Positions 1-28,891 of a DNA stretch of 64,000 nt are shown here, in pieces. The translations under genes and the position numbers were made by a program. The notes under the pieces are model-generated. The model did not search any database. It was given only the letters and a program-made list of their open reading frames with translations, and had not been told where the DNA came from. This stretch comes from Tubiluchus corallicola (lineage: Eukaryota; Animalia; Priapulida), in contig JAQGDQ010000525.1 in NCBI GenBank assembly GCA_030141605.1, positions 62,985-126,984 on the forward strand. The letters run 5' to 3'. The number at the start of each line of letters is the position of its first letter. Position 1 is the first letter of the stretch.

Positions 1-1431
1 GCCACCTGCCTCAAAACAATCAACAATTTCTAATTGTTATTCTACCGATCACTTTTCATTTTCTAGAAGACAAAGACTGATAAAGACTATAATACGACAC
101 TGCGCAGTATCTTGTTGGCAACCACTTAGCCATCAAGTTAACAAGTTAGAGATGATTGTAATTAATTTTGTGAATTACTCGAAAAGTGCACTTAACTTGT
201 CAGGCTAAAACAGATGAAAGTAAAACAGATGATTCGCTTACTGGACTTGCATTGGCTCTTATGGCATCAGACCCTGCTGAAAAAAGGCGGTCAGTGACTT
301 GGAAGTGCCTGGCCAATAGTTGAGTGATGTTGCTTTACTGGCAATGTGCAAATAGCAGAATTAGCCATCATCAGCATTATTATTGTTATGAATGTCTTGT
401 CATTATCATCATCATAATCATTGCCTATGTCATTATTATAAGTGTTATCATTGTTACAAAAATTTATTATATTCAGTATCATCCCAAATTAATGTCGTCA
501 TCATCATCAGTATCAACGTCTTCCCTTACTTTCATTGTCATTATTACATTTTTGACTAAGGCTTATGGAAGGCATTGTTCAGACTTATACAATACAATAT
601 TGTGCCATCTCCTGCGAGTGGCCTGAGTGAAATTTAGTGAAGTGTGTGGCATCCATTTAATGGCCTCCAAATACCTATGCACCTGCAGTGTGATGAAATA
701 AAAAACTCGTAGTGTTCCAAGCCTCGTGTGTTTATAATTTTACGGATCCAGCACTAATACAATTGTTACATAGCTGGGTCGTACCAAAGCCTTGTCTAAA
801 TACCAGCGTGGCACGTGGTATTTAGATAAAAGTGGGGTAATGATGGTCTCTGTAACATAGCTGAAGTTTGTTATTTTTCAGCCGGCGATAATAACACTTT
901 GAGCTGATGTTAATTATTCAATGTTTACCCAAAAACCGACGTTGAATAAAGATTACTATTATTATGTTGTTGTGGCCGCTGATGGTAATGTTCGAATAAC
1001 GAAAACTGAACTGAACTGAAAGTAGTTGGCATCTGTCTATCGGTTAAATAAATCTGGTGATTATGTAAAGTCTCGGTAATCACTAAACGCGTTTTCTTAT
1101 TCTGTGATTTTTTTTCGTTTCGCAAAATTTATAATATTTTCAGTAGGATTTATTGATACCTGATTTAGTAAACTTTGGTGTAATAATGCTAAAAAAATTG
1201 GTGACTACTTAATCATCTGACTGGAGGCTACCAACTCATCCTTACTGTGATAAAAACGAAACGGTCTTGTACGTGCAACTAAATTTTAAAACTTGTCACA
1301 AAAGTCTGTACTCCCTGGAGTTCAACGTTGTAGTCGCATATTCTGTTGTTCTATGAATTGGCATAAGCACGGCTATTAATTCCAACGATTTTGGCGGATG
1401 CACGTGCTTTTTAAAAGTTCTGTTTTGGTTT

Positions 1432-14867
<13,436 letters not shown>

Positions 14868-16074
14868 TGTTTCCTGTGATGTAGGAGATATCCCAAACTA
14901 CGTGTACATTGTTTGTTAAAATCTGTGTGAACTCATAACCTACTATGTAGAAATGTAAATAGTCTCTGGAAATTAATATGGCTAAGTCACTTGACTGCCA
15001 GAAATCACACCTAACCCATTATGGGGCAGTTCTACCCATTGCCTGGTAAGAGCACTAATTTCTGTTCATTTGGTAGAAATTGTGTAATTACCGATTATTT
15101 AAATATGGTTACTATTATTATTTATTACTGGCGAGGAGAAGTTGACGTAAAAGGTGTCTAAACTGCTGCCCAAAAGTGGCTCAAAATGGTTTTTGCTTTG
15201 TCCAAAAAGTTTTCGTTTCCAATGTCTGCCAGAGTTAAATGAGAACCATTTGATTCATTAAGTGCTAGCAGAATATGTGTAAATCATTAGTAGACAACAC
15301 TGGTACATTTCTGGTTAATTTGGTATCTAAAAAGGTTTCTGCAGTCGTTGAAATTAGAACACATATGTGAAAAAACTTATGTATGTAATAAATGTCGTGA
15401 TACTTCACAAAGTAAATTAGCTATAATAGCCAATCACTTGTTTAGGTAATGTACGTGTGTAAGCATCTAAGATGCACGTCGTAATTTATTATACCAAAAT
15501 AAAAGAACCACAGCTGGATTGAAAGTACATTCTTTATGCAGAGTTATTGCTGTTTGACAATGCGAGAAGTTTTGTTAAGGTTTTATTCAAGGCTTGCAAT
15601 TTGTGAATTATCTGACATTGGGATTAGTGCACCTTACCGCTAAATATGAAGCAGTTTACAGTTTTGTTCTCTTGCACTGATACCGGTAAAGCAAGATGAT
15701 TGCAAGCTATTCAGTCATCCAGCAAAGCAAAACCAGAAATGGAACTGATACTGCTGTATGTAGAAAACTCCAGATTCGTACGTCTTCAGTGTGACTCATA
15801 TGAGTTTGAATTCTATTGATGGATTTGACCAGCTAACATTTTGTAACCACAGCTAAATCTGTAGGCATTGAATTGTTTTCCGACTGGCGATTATGTATAA
15901 TTTTACTTTGTGTCTCGAGTTATTTTGTACTACTGAAAGCATTGCTGATTTCTGTGTATCATGATAAAGTATGGTAGTGGTTCTTCTTTGTATCACAAAT
16001 CACAATTATTTCTACTGTTAAAAAAGTTGAGGATGCTATTGCATTAATAGTGTCAGTCTTTTTGATGTCTAGAA

Positions 16075-16562
16075 CAGTGATGTGCAAATTGCGGCCCGCG
16101 GGCCACTTGCGGCCCCGCGAAGAGATTTGTCAACCTAATGAAAGTGCGGCCCGGGCGATTAATTGAGTGTATCTAGCTGAAGTCCGTGCCACGATCCCAA
16201 AGATAGTGTGGGTAGTTTTTTCTACTAGATCGGATGTCATTAACCCTTACAAGACGGTTGTAGCTTAATTTCACTGTGCTACACAGACTGTGTGATACAC
16301 ATTACTAATATGCATTGTAATGAAATTACCACTATCTGTCCTGAAAGTAGAAATATATGGTTTGTAATATAAATTTTAATAACTTCTAAAATAGTTTCTT
16401 GAGTGTAGTAGTGCAGTAGTAATGATGTACACAGGTCGGATGCAAAAAAAATTGTTACTAGGCCTTTCTGTACTTGGCTCCTTGATCAAACTGCCTGTGG
16501 CCTGCAGGAATTGCGGGAAAGTTTAATGTGGCCCGGCTAGTCAGATAATTTGCACACCCCTG
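16075..16562. mobile_element. hAT (Charlie-like) MITE downstream of the LYPLA stop codon
   Basis: TIRs cagtgatgtgcaaatt / aatttgcacacccctg; perfect 8-bp TSD gtctagaa (16067-16074, 16563-16570) matching the NTCTAGAN Charlie target; subterminal gcggccc repeats. Confidence 0.9.
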
Positions 16563-18179
16563 GTCTAGAACAAAAGAAGGGCAAGTGCAGAGCTGCTCAA
16601 TACACTAAATGCAAATTACTTACAATACAGCATAAATGAAATTGACATGATTTATGTATTTTAATAGTTGCACATTGCTAGCACAAGAATCACAATGGGT
16701 TTGATTACATGTACTTGAATTTAACTGTACAGTAATTGATTAAAGTTAAGCAAAAAAGTGAGCTTGTGCTTTAATGTTTGTTAATAACATGGAAAATCTA
16801 ATAATAAAATGCCTACCCGTTCCCAAGGTATTACAGGCAAAAATCACAAATCACTGGATTCTGACTATGTGCTGTCAATTTGACAGCATGTTCCTTCCCT
16901 AACTATTTAACTATTGAGTGTTAGCTGCAAATGTGAGATTTTGCGATACATGTACAAGTAATAAAAAATAAGTACATTAACTGTACTTTCCCCGTGATAT
17001 AAATTGCAAGGAAGTATATATTGAGTTCCAAATGCAAATTTTTGTCACAGTTAATTTTAACTAGTATTATTTAATAAAGCAGTTTTACTATAAACTGGAA
17101 CAACTTATTATGTTTGTTTTGTTATGTTCTACTGTAGTATTTTTGGAATTGCTTAGTAGTAACTACACCTGGTGATTGCTATTCTATACTGCCCTGAGTA
17201 ATGTCTCTCATGAGGGAAAATATATATGTATATCTGAACGTGGCTAGGAAGCTGAGTTCTGGTTCACTGATGCTACTCAATATGACAATAAGCCACGCCA
17301 TTCAACTTCTCAATGGAAACAGAGCTGCTAACCGACTTGACTAATGGTAGTTTCCGTTGCAGTAGACACCATATTGATGAAATCTAGTTATAATTCTTAT
17401 ACATAATTATATAGTTTGTAATGTTTTAATTTTGGCAAACTAGGACCATTTTTTGGGAAATTTTGGACAAATACAGTGTTTAAATAGAAATCTACGCATT
17501 TTGAATTTTAGCCAGTTAGCGCCAGTCACTGTCTACAGAAAATCGTTATACCATCCAGGCTCTTTATTCACGTTGTTGTACACATGTACAGGTTAGTACA
17601 AATATTTATAGGCATTGTTCACAAAACTTTTCAAATTATTGTGCCACAATACCAATCCCAGAATGTACACATGATGCTTTCATTTGTTCTTCACCTTAAT
17701 TAAAAAAATTGCCTTGATAAAAAATTGAGAGGATTTACTTCCAACTAAATAACTACGCTACTTTAGTAACTAAAAGAATTCTTTGTAATAAATAATAAGT
17801 CAATCTGGGAAAGGGAGAATTTACCCTGTCCAAGTGTAACCTTGGTTCTAGCTATAGCACAGGGTTTCTTTTCATGTATTACATCTATTCTAATATTCAT
17901 AATACTACATGTCTAGAGGAAAAAACAATACACACATCCATAACAAACATAAGGACTTTATAACATGCTTTATATGAAAGCGTAGATCGAACTAAAAAAA
18001 TCTGTTATAAACTAGTTGAACATAATGGTGGTCCACATAATGCTTTGGTTTGACCTTTCTCAGAGCCGATGGGAATTGTTGAAATGGTGAAGCTTAACTG
18101 CAAAGATAGGCTTTGCTAGTCCTGTTTAGTGAATGGGGGTGGGGCAAGCTATAGAGTTGTATTGGTGTGCTAATATTTA

Positions 18180-21100
18180 TCACACATTAATGGATAGGTG
18201 GGCAAATCGATATTGTAGGGACGTTGTATTGCGTATTAGCACCACAAATTTGTTTCTGAAGCTTAAGCTCTGCAATGCATGTACTAACCCAGATGCACTA
18301 CAAAAACCAGCAGCTTGGCCACCAGCTACAGAAAACGAAAAATTGCCGTATGTCACATAGCCGATTACGTCACGGGCACAATGAGTCCTGATGTGGTTGA
18401 CACTCCCGAACAATTTTTTGCGAATGACGCGATCTCTAGCTTCAGCTAATTTTGCAGCTAAAACTCGCTTTTTTACAATCTTTAAACTAGATATCACAGA
18501 ATCTTTTGAGAACTTATCTGTCTGTCCTGACTTTATTTCACTGCTAGATATGTCACCACCCTTGTCAGAGACCAGTTTGTCACTTTCTATACGAAATATT
18601 TCCATTTTCATAGATTCTGAGACTTCATTTTTACTTTTGGCTTGGAGCTCATTTGCTGGATCATCATTTTTAGCACCATCTTTAAATCTGATTGTTGTAG
18701 CAGATTCGTGACCATCTCCCTGGCTCAGAAAAAATGGTTTCTTCTTTTTCTTTCCTGTTTTACCTAGTATTTTTGACTCAGCTAACACCTTTTTTGTTAA
18801 CAAGTCTTTATGTAAGGGTTCAGTAGGTCCTCCGTGTTTTCTATCATTGGCCAATGTGTTCAAATCCATCTCCAAAGGCAGGCAAATCATGGCATAACAC
18901 TTTGGTGTCCCTCTCTGCAGGACGTTTATCTTCACTGGTATTAGAGCACGGGGATAGTGCAGTTCTAACTGAGAAAGCACAGACATAGCCTCTGCACAAC
19001 CTTTGTCAGATGTAACCTTGCGTCGTTTAGCTGTGGATTCCATGAGTTTCTGCAGCTCCAGAAGTAGTTTTCTGTTTCTCAGTACGAAGAATTTGTCACT
19101 TGCACCTTCAAAGAAAACAAAAATTTATAGTAAATTCGATAATTTGATCATTTCAAATACAGAAGTATGTAATGTTATGTTCAGCACTGTTTCTTTGCAA
19201 AAAGCTATAGATATTTTGAATGTAATTCACTTCATTTTACTGTTAGCATATTAGAATGCTGTAGTAATTCACACATTTGTAATTGCTGACTAAAATAGTT
19301 TTGTTAACCTACCATAAATAATACGGAAAACAATTTACAGAATTTGTAACGGATAAAATTTATGTTTTACAGAATTCCAACATCATAAAATTACAAATTT
19401 TAACATTAATGTCCCTTAAACTGAGCAACATAACAAACATAAGGTTTGACTTGAATGAATACTATTAAAAACCTCGTGGGTCCTGTTTAACCATTTTAGG
19501 ACACTCAGATTTGCTGTCCCATTCGCTTACTAACTGAGCCCAGGGGCAGTGGAAGGGAGCCTGAACACCTAGCTTTACGTAATTAGGCCGTTTTGCTGGT
19601 GGATGTTTTAGATACAGCATTTCTTGCTCTTCTCTCTCACTTGCCTGCAAATAACAAAAAATATTTCATAGATTCCAATAAATTGAAAATAGAGTAAGGT
19701 AAACTAAGTGTGATAATTGTACAAATATAACACTTACTAACAATTATTAACTAAATTTGTGCAAGACAGAAACGATTAGCTTGTTTTGTTCTCCACTACT
19801 CCACTACTTGTCACATGTCTGTTAAAATTTGAAAAGATATACAAACTTATGAAAATAACCTAAAATTAAAAATTGTAAGTAATTAAAGTGTCAAGATGCA
19901 TCAAAAAATTAAAAAAAAGCATTTAGTATTATTAAAGTAAAAGCATTACAAAAGAATTAGATAATCAGTAGCTGACCTCAAGTTTTTGACAAGCTTCAGT
20001 GTCAGGAAAATCTCTTGGAAAACTTAGCTCTCCCTGTTCCCAACAGATGGCATCACTTTCTCTCAGACCACCTACTCGGGCTCCACGATACACTAACGCG
20101 ATCCAAAATGCCATCGCCCAGCCAGCTGGAGCAATGAGATCCCATCCAGAGCCATATCCCAGCATTTCCTGACAGCATGACGTTACTTTGGCAATATCGC
20201 AAACTCCTGGGTTCTGCACTAACAGCACAGGAATTCGACTTTCGTCCATACCCAAGTCTAATGGTGTTCCACATAGGGCGTTATCACTACGAATCTTATT
20301 TATGAGTTGCTCACTCAATTTTGTTGCAGTGACTTCACAACGGATGTCTTCATTCCAAAGAGCACAGTGGGAAACCTCACAGGGAATTTTATCAAAGGAT
20401 ATTACGTCAGCAACTTCTGAGTTACACATGACTTTGTTTCGTTTTGGAGGAAGAAGCAGACGTGGATCTTTCACTATTAAGCCTAGTGTTAGAGAAATAT
20501 ACATTAACATCGCACACTGGAACACTAACATATTGCAATACATTTGATATCCATATCCAACACAGAAATCTAATTTTGTGAAATTTTCTATGTTTAGTCA
20601 TTTTTTACCTTAAATAGCAAATGCTTAGTGTAACATTTTGAAATTTCAAAAATAAGCTAAAAAGTAAAACTGATAGCTGACTGTAAAGTTTGTAAAACTT
20701 AATGCAAAGTAGTAAAATGGTCTTTGTAGAGTATGTATCTTACTGAAGTCTGTGTAGAGAATATTACGTGCAATTAATGATTTTGAAACAATTACTTGAC
20801 AGACATACTTATATTGTTATTCAACCACAACTTGGATTTTAATTCTCACAAGAACTGTAAGTTTAACACCACTTGCTACATTTGTTGCATCAGGAGTTGC
20901 CTAATAGTCATATGAAATAAAAAAGCAAAATCAACATAGCATTGCAACACTGAATATAGCTTCTTACCTATAACAGTACTTGGTGATAATTCAGCTGGCG
21001 ACTGTAATCCTGCCATCAATTCCCAGAGGTCTTTCTGTTTCCCATGAATCTGGGCATTTCTTTTCTCTCTAAAATAAGCTTCCCACCATCTGCATACAAA

Positions 21101-24100
21101 CGCTGGTTGAGCGACATCCGATTTGACATCTACAGTTGGCTTTAGTTCAGCTGTGTTATTACCTGCATTACTAGTTACCTTTTGCGAACTTACAGGCGGT
21201 TTGGAGTTTTTCTCCCGTGTTACATCGTCTTTTGCTAGATTACAGAAGTCCATGTCATCATCTACCTCTGTGTTCACAGCTAGCATCTCTGGTGCATGGG
21301 AAGAAATGTCAATAGGTTTTAGAGTGTCGTGTAGGACAGCTTGAGAAAGCGGACCAGTTAGTTTAAATCGCACCAACTTGTTTTTCAAACACATTATTGA
21401 TACTGTTCCATTAGTATAGATCTCAGCAATTGGAGAACTAAACTCGCAAGGTTTTCGTTTATCATCTGTTTCTGACCGACTGACAGCTACTTTTGTTTTT
21501 TTCTTCTTGGAGACGGCATCTTCACTTTTAGCCGCCAATTCAGGAAAGTCGACATAAGCTGGAACAGATTCGATCCCAAATGCTAAAAGAAATGCTTCTA
21601 AAACTGATGCGTAACAGGACGGATGAACCCACAACCACAGCGCTCGGCTTGTATCTGCATATAAAATACAATTAACACAACTGAAAAAAACTAACATAAT
21701 AAAGCCTTCAGAATTCTGACAAAAGTAGAAGACTGTTACTGCACAAGCAAACAAATTTGTGGGAGTAGAAAACCAATGAGACACAAAAATTCTTACAATC
21801 TTGTAAACTTTGTGCAAATACAAGACATTAATAAAAACGTTTGGAATACCTATTCCCGTAGGATCAGTCAGCCGCCAAAGAATGAGAGCTAGACCGATAG
21901 CATTTTGTGGATACTTGTCCACACCATATAGCATCACTTTGCCCTCTTTGGCACCATGTAGATACATTTTTGCTGCTACTGTTAAACCTGTAATATACAA
22001 AACAGTTGTGTAATACTAAACAAAAGCACATTAAACTATAATTCTCACGATTTCTGAAAGTGGACATGCCAACAAAAATAATTCAATTATTACCCTTTGA
22101 ACAAAAGTGCAATGTTGCAGTTTCAAAGTTTTCTTGTAGATGTGCTTTCAAGTAAAACATTTTAGTATATAGATACATGTGCATAAGAGATGAAGGCAAA
22201 TAGTAACAAGCTGTTTATTACAAAACGTCCATTTGTTAAATACAGTTTGAGAGCATAGAAACTGTGCTGACGTTTGTCCACTAATGTCATAATGTGGTCA
22301 CTGAACAGATGCACTTATTAGCTACGCTTTAACTTTTTAACTCAGTCCTCTTCATTTGCTACATTCAAGCTCAACTATTACCTTATTTATTTAGTTTAAT
22401 AACCTATTATTAAGCTGATAGCTTTCACACACAAAATCGGTGGCTGCATTAAAATAACTCTTAATTATTTGATAACCTTTTCACTTGCGATGGGTTATTT
22501 GCACTTGTTATTTTAATGCATGGAAAAGATACCCTGAAACTGACATTGGATCTATGTTTTCATTGTTTAGACATTATAGAAAAAATGCACTATCTATTAA
22601 AAACAGTTAATACAGCAATGAAAACTTCTAGTAGAAAAACATGAAAGCACATTGACTATGCAAATGTAGAACAAGCACCCAATATGTGTTGAAAAGAATC
22701 ACAACTAAGTATGGAATACATACTTTTACTTGAGAGCAAATAAAAACGATGCTATAAGACGAAATACTTAATCAAATGTTTGATATTGTCAAAATAAAGC
22801 TGCTGCATGAATGACCGTAAAAATATTTAAAATGCTGAAAACCACCCAGAACATGCAAGTGTGCAGAACAAATCCTGTCGGTATTTGCAATTTGAAACTA
22901 TTGCCATGCAAAAATTTACTAATCACGTATGTAATGCCACCAAACATACCAACTTCCTTGTTCGTTAATCGTGCCATGCCTTTAATGATGTTTGCCTCAG
23001 TTCCTCTGATTTCGATACAGCACATATACGAAATGTCCTGTAACATACACAGCATTGTTGTTATCAACATGTCTCAGTATTCATTTTTTCTGGTCTTTCT
23101 GTAAATTTCGAATCAAGCAGCTATGCATGCATTGTCTAGCTTCATCATTAACAAAGCATTTTTTAACTCAGCTTTTTTCTGACCATACATTTATAATCTT
23201 AATTAATTCAAAAGATATTGACAAAACAGTTACTACTGATACGAGTTTCTCCACAGACCAGACATTTTATAGTATTATTGCAGAAACTGCTACAGTACAC
23301 GTATTGATTACAGTGAACATATGTTTTCACTTTACTACATAAAGTACTTTCAGATACTTCAGACTTTTGCTGCAACCTACACTCACCTGCAGTAAACAAT
23401 GCTTAGCTGAAGCCCTGTAACAAGCACGTACACTTTTGTCAGACGGATGAAGCGGTATCTTGTAACCCCACAATTCAGTCATCTTGAATCTCTTTGCATG
23501 CCATATGTGCGTTTCCAACCATTGTGCATGTCGCTGTCGCCGTGCGTATTCTGTCAACAAGTTGCTTGGTCGTCGACGATGCTTGCGACTGGGACGCTTT
23601 TTGCGATTAACAGCACCCGCGCCCTGAGTACAACAATAACTGGCTTGCATTCTTAACTGAACAATCTTTAGAAGTTTACAAGCAAAACAATAAATATCAG
23701 TAACTTTTGCAATTCGGGGTAACAGAAATTCGGGAAATGCTAAGTCGTCAAAGTGTGTGCTTAGCTGGAAAAGATAAGCAAAACCGAACTGGCTATCTAA
23801 AACATGGATGACCTGTAAGAACACAGCTTTTGAGCAGTTTGTTCGGCCATACTGCCACCAGAATATATATCTCAGTGAGACAGAATGGGAAATGCCCGTC
23901 AGTTCGGTGCTTAACCTTAAATGATTATCCTTAACACGCTAGATTCCAAGCTAGCTACAATCACATACTAAATTAGCTGTTGCCATCGAGTGTTGAATGC
24001 TAGCGCTTGTGTACATGTATATAAAAAATGACAAAGTCTGGAAAATATAACACAACAAACAGTCTACATTTTTTTGAAAGAACTACTGCACTGAAACATA

Positions 24101-27100
24101 TTTTATTGGAATCCAGTAAATATGCAGCTGCAGATCTGCTGTAAATGCAACATGACCAAGATTGGGTTAATTTAATTAGACTAAAAAAAATGTTATCTAA
24201 TCGAAGTCTACAGCTTCAAAAACGCAGATGAATTTATAACCACCCAACACACACTTCATGTAATGTGCTTAAATGATATGACTGATTCATGCCTGCGCTG
24301 ACTTCCAGGCCGAAAGTAAAAAAAAAACGGTAGCAAAGACTGCATCTAGTCCCTTAATAAAAAATGGTAGATAATGTCTCAGCTCAAACGGGTTCAAATG
24401 CAACAGATAAAACTATAAAATTTATTCCCTATAATGTAACATTTTGCTTGAAAGTTATCAAATAACTTCTAGCACACTGTGAGTTTATTACCACGGAAAA
24501 ATTTTTTTGCTTGGAACATTGACAGATGTTGCTTCTATCAGACATCAACACAAAGTTACGAAAATCATTATTGGCAGATTCTCAGAAAAAATGTACAAAT
24601 GATTAGTTCATATAGAGGGTCCCGTTGTCGTAAACTACAACAAACGTTCAAGAGACAACTATGGGCAAAAAGCCTACTTATAGGCTTCGCCCTGTCGATC
24701 TACAGTAATCTACTGTAAGATTTTGTGGAGAAATCAAGCTCCTGCATTGCACTGGAGTAACATTACTGGAGTTATAATTGCAATAAGTGGAGTTTTGGAA
24801 ATACATGTACTAGACAGATATACTGGAACAAAAAGCTGACAGCCAGTTCAGTAGGCCTAACTTTGGTGACTTGATATGTACACTCCGGGTAGAAAAGTTC
24901 AACATACAAACTCAAAGAGACATAATCAGCTAAGAATTTCTAAAATTTTGCACCCTCCTAGATTCCCTGAAAGGTGTAGTCCAGGTGGTAAAGTTAATGA
25001 TTTAGGCCCGAAATGCTAGCAGAGTGATGCAAAACTAAAAATATATCTAATAACAAAACACTTATTATTATAGTATAAATCCACAGTTATTGTGCTAAGT
25101 TCAGATGCCAATTTGAAAAACAAATGTGAGAAGTTATGTGTGAAGCTAACTTTTAACCTTTGCTTTTAAACATAAAACATGAATCAACGAAGCACCTCAC
25201 TGTATAAATGCTTTTAGCACAAGAACAATTCAGTCACTAACTTGGAAAACATCTCCATAACCATAGTAGCGTAAGCCACAGAAGCAATTAAATTGCAAAA
25301 AACAATGGAAAACTGGCATAAGATAGTCCAGGCAAGAAACTGGTTTTTCAGAAAACATAAAAACGGTCCCAAGAGTAAGACATTTGGCAAACCTGGCATC
25401 AGACAAGCAGTTGTGAGAAGTTTATCATTGCTGATACCTGTTTTTATGCGTGTGTTAACGCAACGTGCTGTTTTGGTATTGTCATAGTCACCACCATGAA
25501 AATGAAATGGACAAGCCCTTCTTGGTCTTCTAGAAATGCTAACATGCAATAGGGGAAACAAGTGATGGTAGGGTTTTTCAGCTGACACAATTTGCCATTT
25601 TATTTGAATGGTTTCTGCTTGAATGTGAATGTTTTTGCTTGAGATTTGAATGTTGTCGTGTACACGAATAAATCACAGTCAACAAAAGTTACCGAAAATC
25701 AGAGAGATCAGGCCTCTCTGTATATCCACACTAATTACTACCACTTGCTGCACTACAACCTACAAATAAAACTACATACTGCAGAATGTGTGTATGCATA
25801 AACAGCACAAATTAGCTGATTTATTAGCTGTAGTAAAGATTACAGTACCACACAAGAGCCTAACAAAGACACATTTTTTACAACCTGCTTGTAAGGTTCT
25901 CTTCTCTAAGCAATTATTTTGTACCATGATTAAATCACTAGTATGATACTACTCCTACTACGAAAATGTCATAAAATAATTATTCTCTGCCTTTTGTAAG
26001 CCTGCTTTAATACCAAGTTAGTCTAAAATCAACGAAAATTGTCTCGAATCTACTACAACTGTGCATCTACACAAGGTGGCCTGGAGTTGATAAACTCTTG
26101 CCTTCTTTTTCATTTCAGAGCTCTTAATTTTCTGCAGATTTATTGTGAAATATTACATTCTAAACACATCTTATTACTGGATGCTACTAAGGTAACCCAA
26201 TTAAAATATATTTCTACTGTGCACTACAAAATTTTTTATTTTTATGAGGCAAACAAACGGTTGTGTTTGCAAAAGGAAATCCCTCTTGCCGGGAAAACCC
26301 TTGCATTACTTATCTTACTTATCTTTGTATAGAAGCATGATTTTTTTTATATAGTTACATATATACTAAAATCTATCACCACCTACTGGATACTACACTA
26401 AAATGATCATTAAAATGTATGATTTCCACTGCACACTATTCAAAAGAAAAGTAAATCTTCTACTGGATAAAACTTAAAATAGCTAGTAAATAACAAGTAT
26501 AGTGTAAAAGCAGTCCAAAGCATAATCGATACATGCTTACTTTAATTTTTGGTATAGTAGTATGATTTCTTATATAGCTAACTGTACATACTGAACTCTA
26601 TCCCCACCTACTAAATACTACTCTAATATGATTATTAAACTGCATAATTTACACTGCACACTACGAATACAAGCTAAAACTTCTAAAAGAAAAACCTTAA
26701 AACAGCTAGTAAATAACAAGACTACAATATAAAAGTTGTTAGGGTATAACGAATAGCGTGAAGACACTATGTAATTTAATGAGCAAGCACGCAGGTAATG
26801 CATCATGGCCCTACCTGCGATTGTTGAATGTTTCGAAGCCGACGAGGCAATCTCCTCGTATCGTAGCTAGCGGCCCGTCGTCGCATGTGACGAGGCAGTG
26901 TCTGAAAGGCTTGCACATTTGCCATCATCCGGCTTGCCAGGATGTTTTGCGTTAGTGATTCTATTTCTTGAGCACGTCTACGAGCGTACTCCGCAACTGA
27001 CACGTCTAAAAAAGGATGGGTCCCCGTGTAATTAGTGTCCATCACAGATTTGCAAACACCTCAAGAATAGTTTTTTCTGTTAGTTTGATCTGATATATAA

Positions 27101-28891
27101 GAAAGAATACCACAATATTACAACTCCTGAAATTTTCACGGCCTAGTCACATAAAAGAATTTCTTCATACCACCGTAACTTTCAAAAGAGCGTTCCATTT
27201 TCACTACCACTAGGGGAGAACATATATCAGTTGTAAAACTGTCTGTTTCAAACCTTGGTATATGTTACATATTCAATAAATTATGTTTAAACCAAAAGAA
27301 CTTATAAATAGCATACTTAATATTAACAACACTTAATTTAATAGCATTAGTTAACAAATTGTTGAGTCAAACACAAAACTGATTGTTAATGCTCCATATC
27401 AAATTATTAATCAGAAATGATGCTTTCATATTGCTGAATTTTTCAAACAAAAAACAAAATTCTTGACAATTAATCCAAGACCTTGAAATTTAGATTCTGG
27501 AAAAACTTAAATCTTAAACATTGGGGCTGAAATTAACAATTAGATCCTTCGAACAGAAAGTCAAATTACAACTATAGAATGTGATGCAACAAACTAAACT
27601 TAACTGATGCATTAATTAAATTTTGAGACACTTAGTTAACCAAAATCCATGAATTTATATTCATTTGAGATCTTGAGTTTAGACACTTAGATATGATTCT
27701 GTAACTTGCATTTTTTACATTCAATTCGGACTTCCTATTTATTATAGTATATAATAATATAATATTATAGTATTATAATATCTTAGTTTTGGTATGTTAT
27801 GTATCTTTATTAACTATTGCTCACCAAATTCATTTTCACCTACCAGAGGGTAATCTAACTGGTCTGGAAGAAGCAGAAGGTGAGTTATGTTGACCAGATG
27901 AAGTTGACCTCCCAGAAGAATCGGAAGGCTTTGCTGCTCTCCACACAGACATTGTTGGTAAATCTGTTCGATAGCCTTCACCGACCTTCATCGGCATTGC
28001 AGATATCGCCCTCCCCTGTGCTGAACTACCAGAACCTTCATCTGCGGATGCTTCTGAAGCGTGCTCATTCTTTTCATTTGAAGTACATATCCCTCCATCA
28101 GCTCCATTGGGAGGAGACCTTGGTGCCTTCCAAACCGACATGGTAGGAGTTTCAGTAACCTGTCCTGATGCACTTCCTTGACTTGCAGCTGGTTGACTAG
28201 GCTGCTTTGCTCGCCAGACTGACATTGAGGGCATTTCATCACGATAACCAACAAATCTGCCAGACCGGTTTGTGCCATCTTGGTTTATTTGTTGCTCACG
28301 GGGATTTGGAAAGCGAGGTGAATGCACTGGGGGAAATGGAGGTACTCCACTATGAAATCCAAAGTTTGGTGTGTTTGCCTGACTTGGCCTAACACCCATC
28401 ATACGTTGCTGAATGCATTGCATTGCTGCGGCACGAGTTTGTTGGTATATAGCAGCAAAACGTTGTTGGAATGCTTCTTGTGCTCTCCTCTGTGATGGAT
28501 CAACACCAGATCTTGCCTGAGATGAACCAGCACTATTGCCAGACTCATGTGATATGGCAGGGTGCACAAAGGTGGAGGAGTCATATCCCTGGGCATAAGA
28601 ACCCTCATCAGAATCACGACCCGTCTGGTCGCGTATAGGAGACCTGCTTCTAATATTATGCCTTTGTCCATAATATGGATCAGTTGTCCGAGTTCTAGAA
28701 ATGTAACTTGGAATGGGTTCATTGTCAGAATAGCCATGGTACCTCTGAGAAGATTGATATTCAAGTGGTCTGTTTCTGTTTGCGTATCTTTGCTGTCCTT
28801 GGGAATACGAGCCCGGCAGTGATTGATGTTGTTGATTGTTGATGTTAGAGTGTGCCTCGTCTGACATGTCCATAGCCATGGCAGCGGTCAT
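18180..28891 (-). CDS. POP1: RNase P/MRP protein subunit POP1, ~1330 aa including N-terminal extension
   Basis: Minus-strand exons 28911-27844 (first in-frame ATG 28891), 27005-26815, 23623-23387, 23037-22950, 21987-21850, 21654-20968, 20482-19977, 19644-~19473 (weak donor), 19105-18180 join in phase. Motifs [97 protein letters not shown]. The true start may lie further upstream. Confidence 0.93.

Noticed and set aside
291-626. ORFs of 63 and 100 aa with hydrophobic or Asp/Asn runs
   Set aside because: Translations of degenerate ATC/ATT microsatellite-like sequence; no domain.
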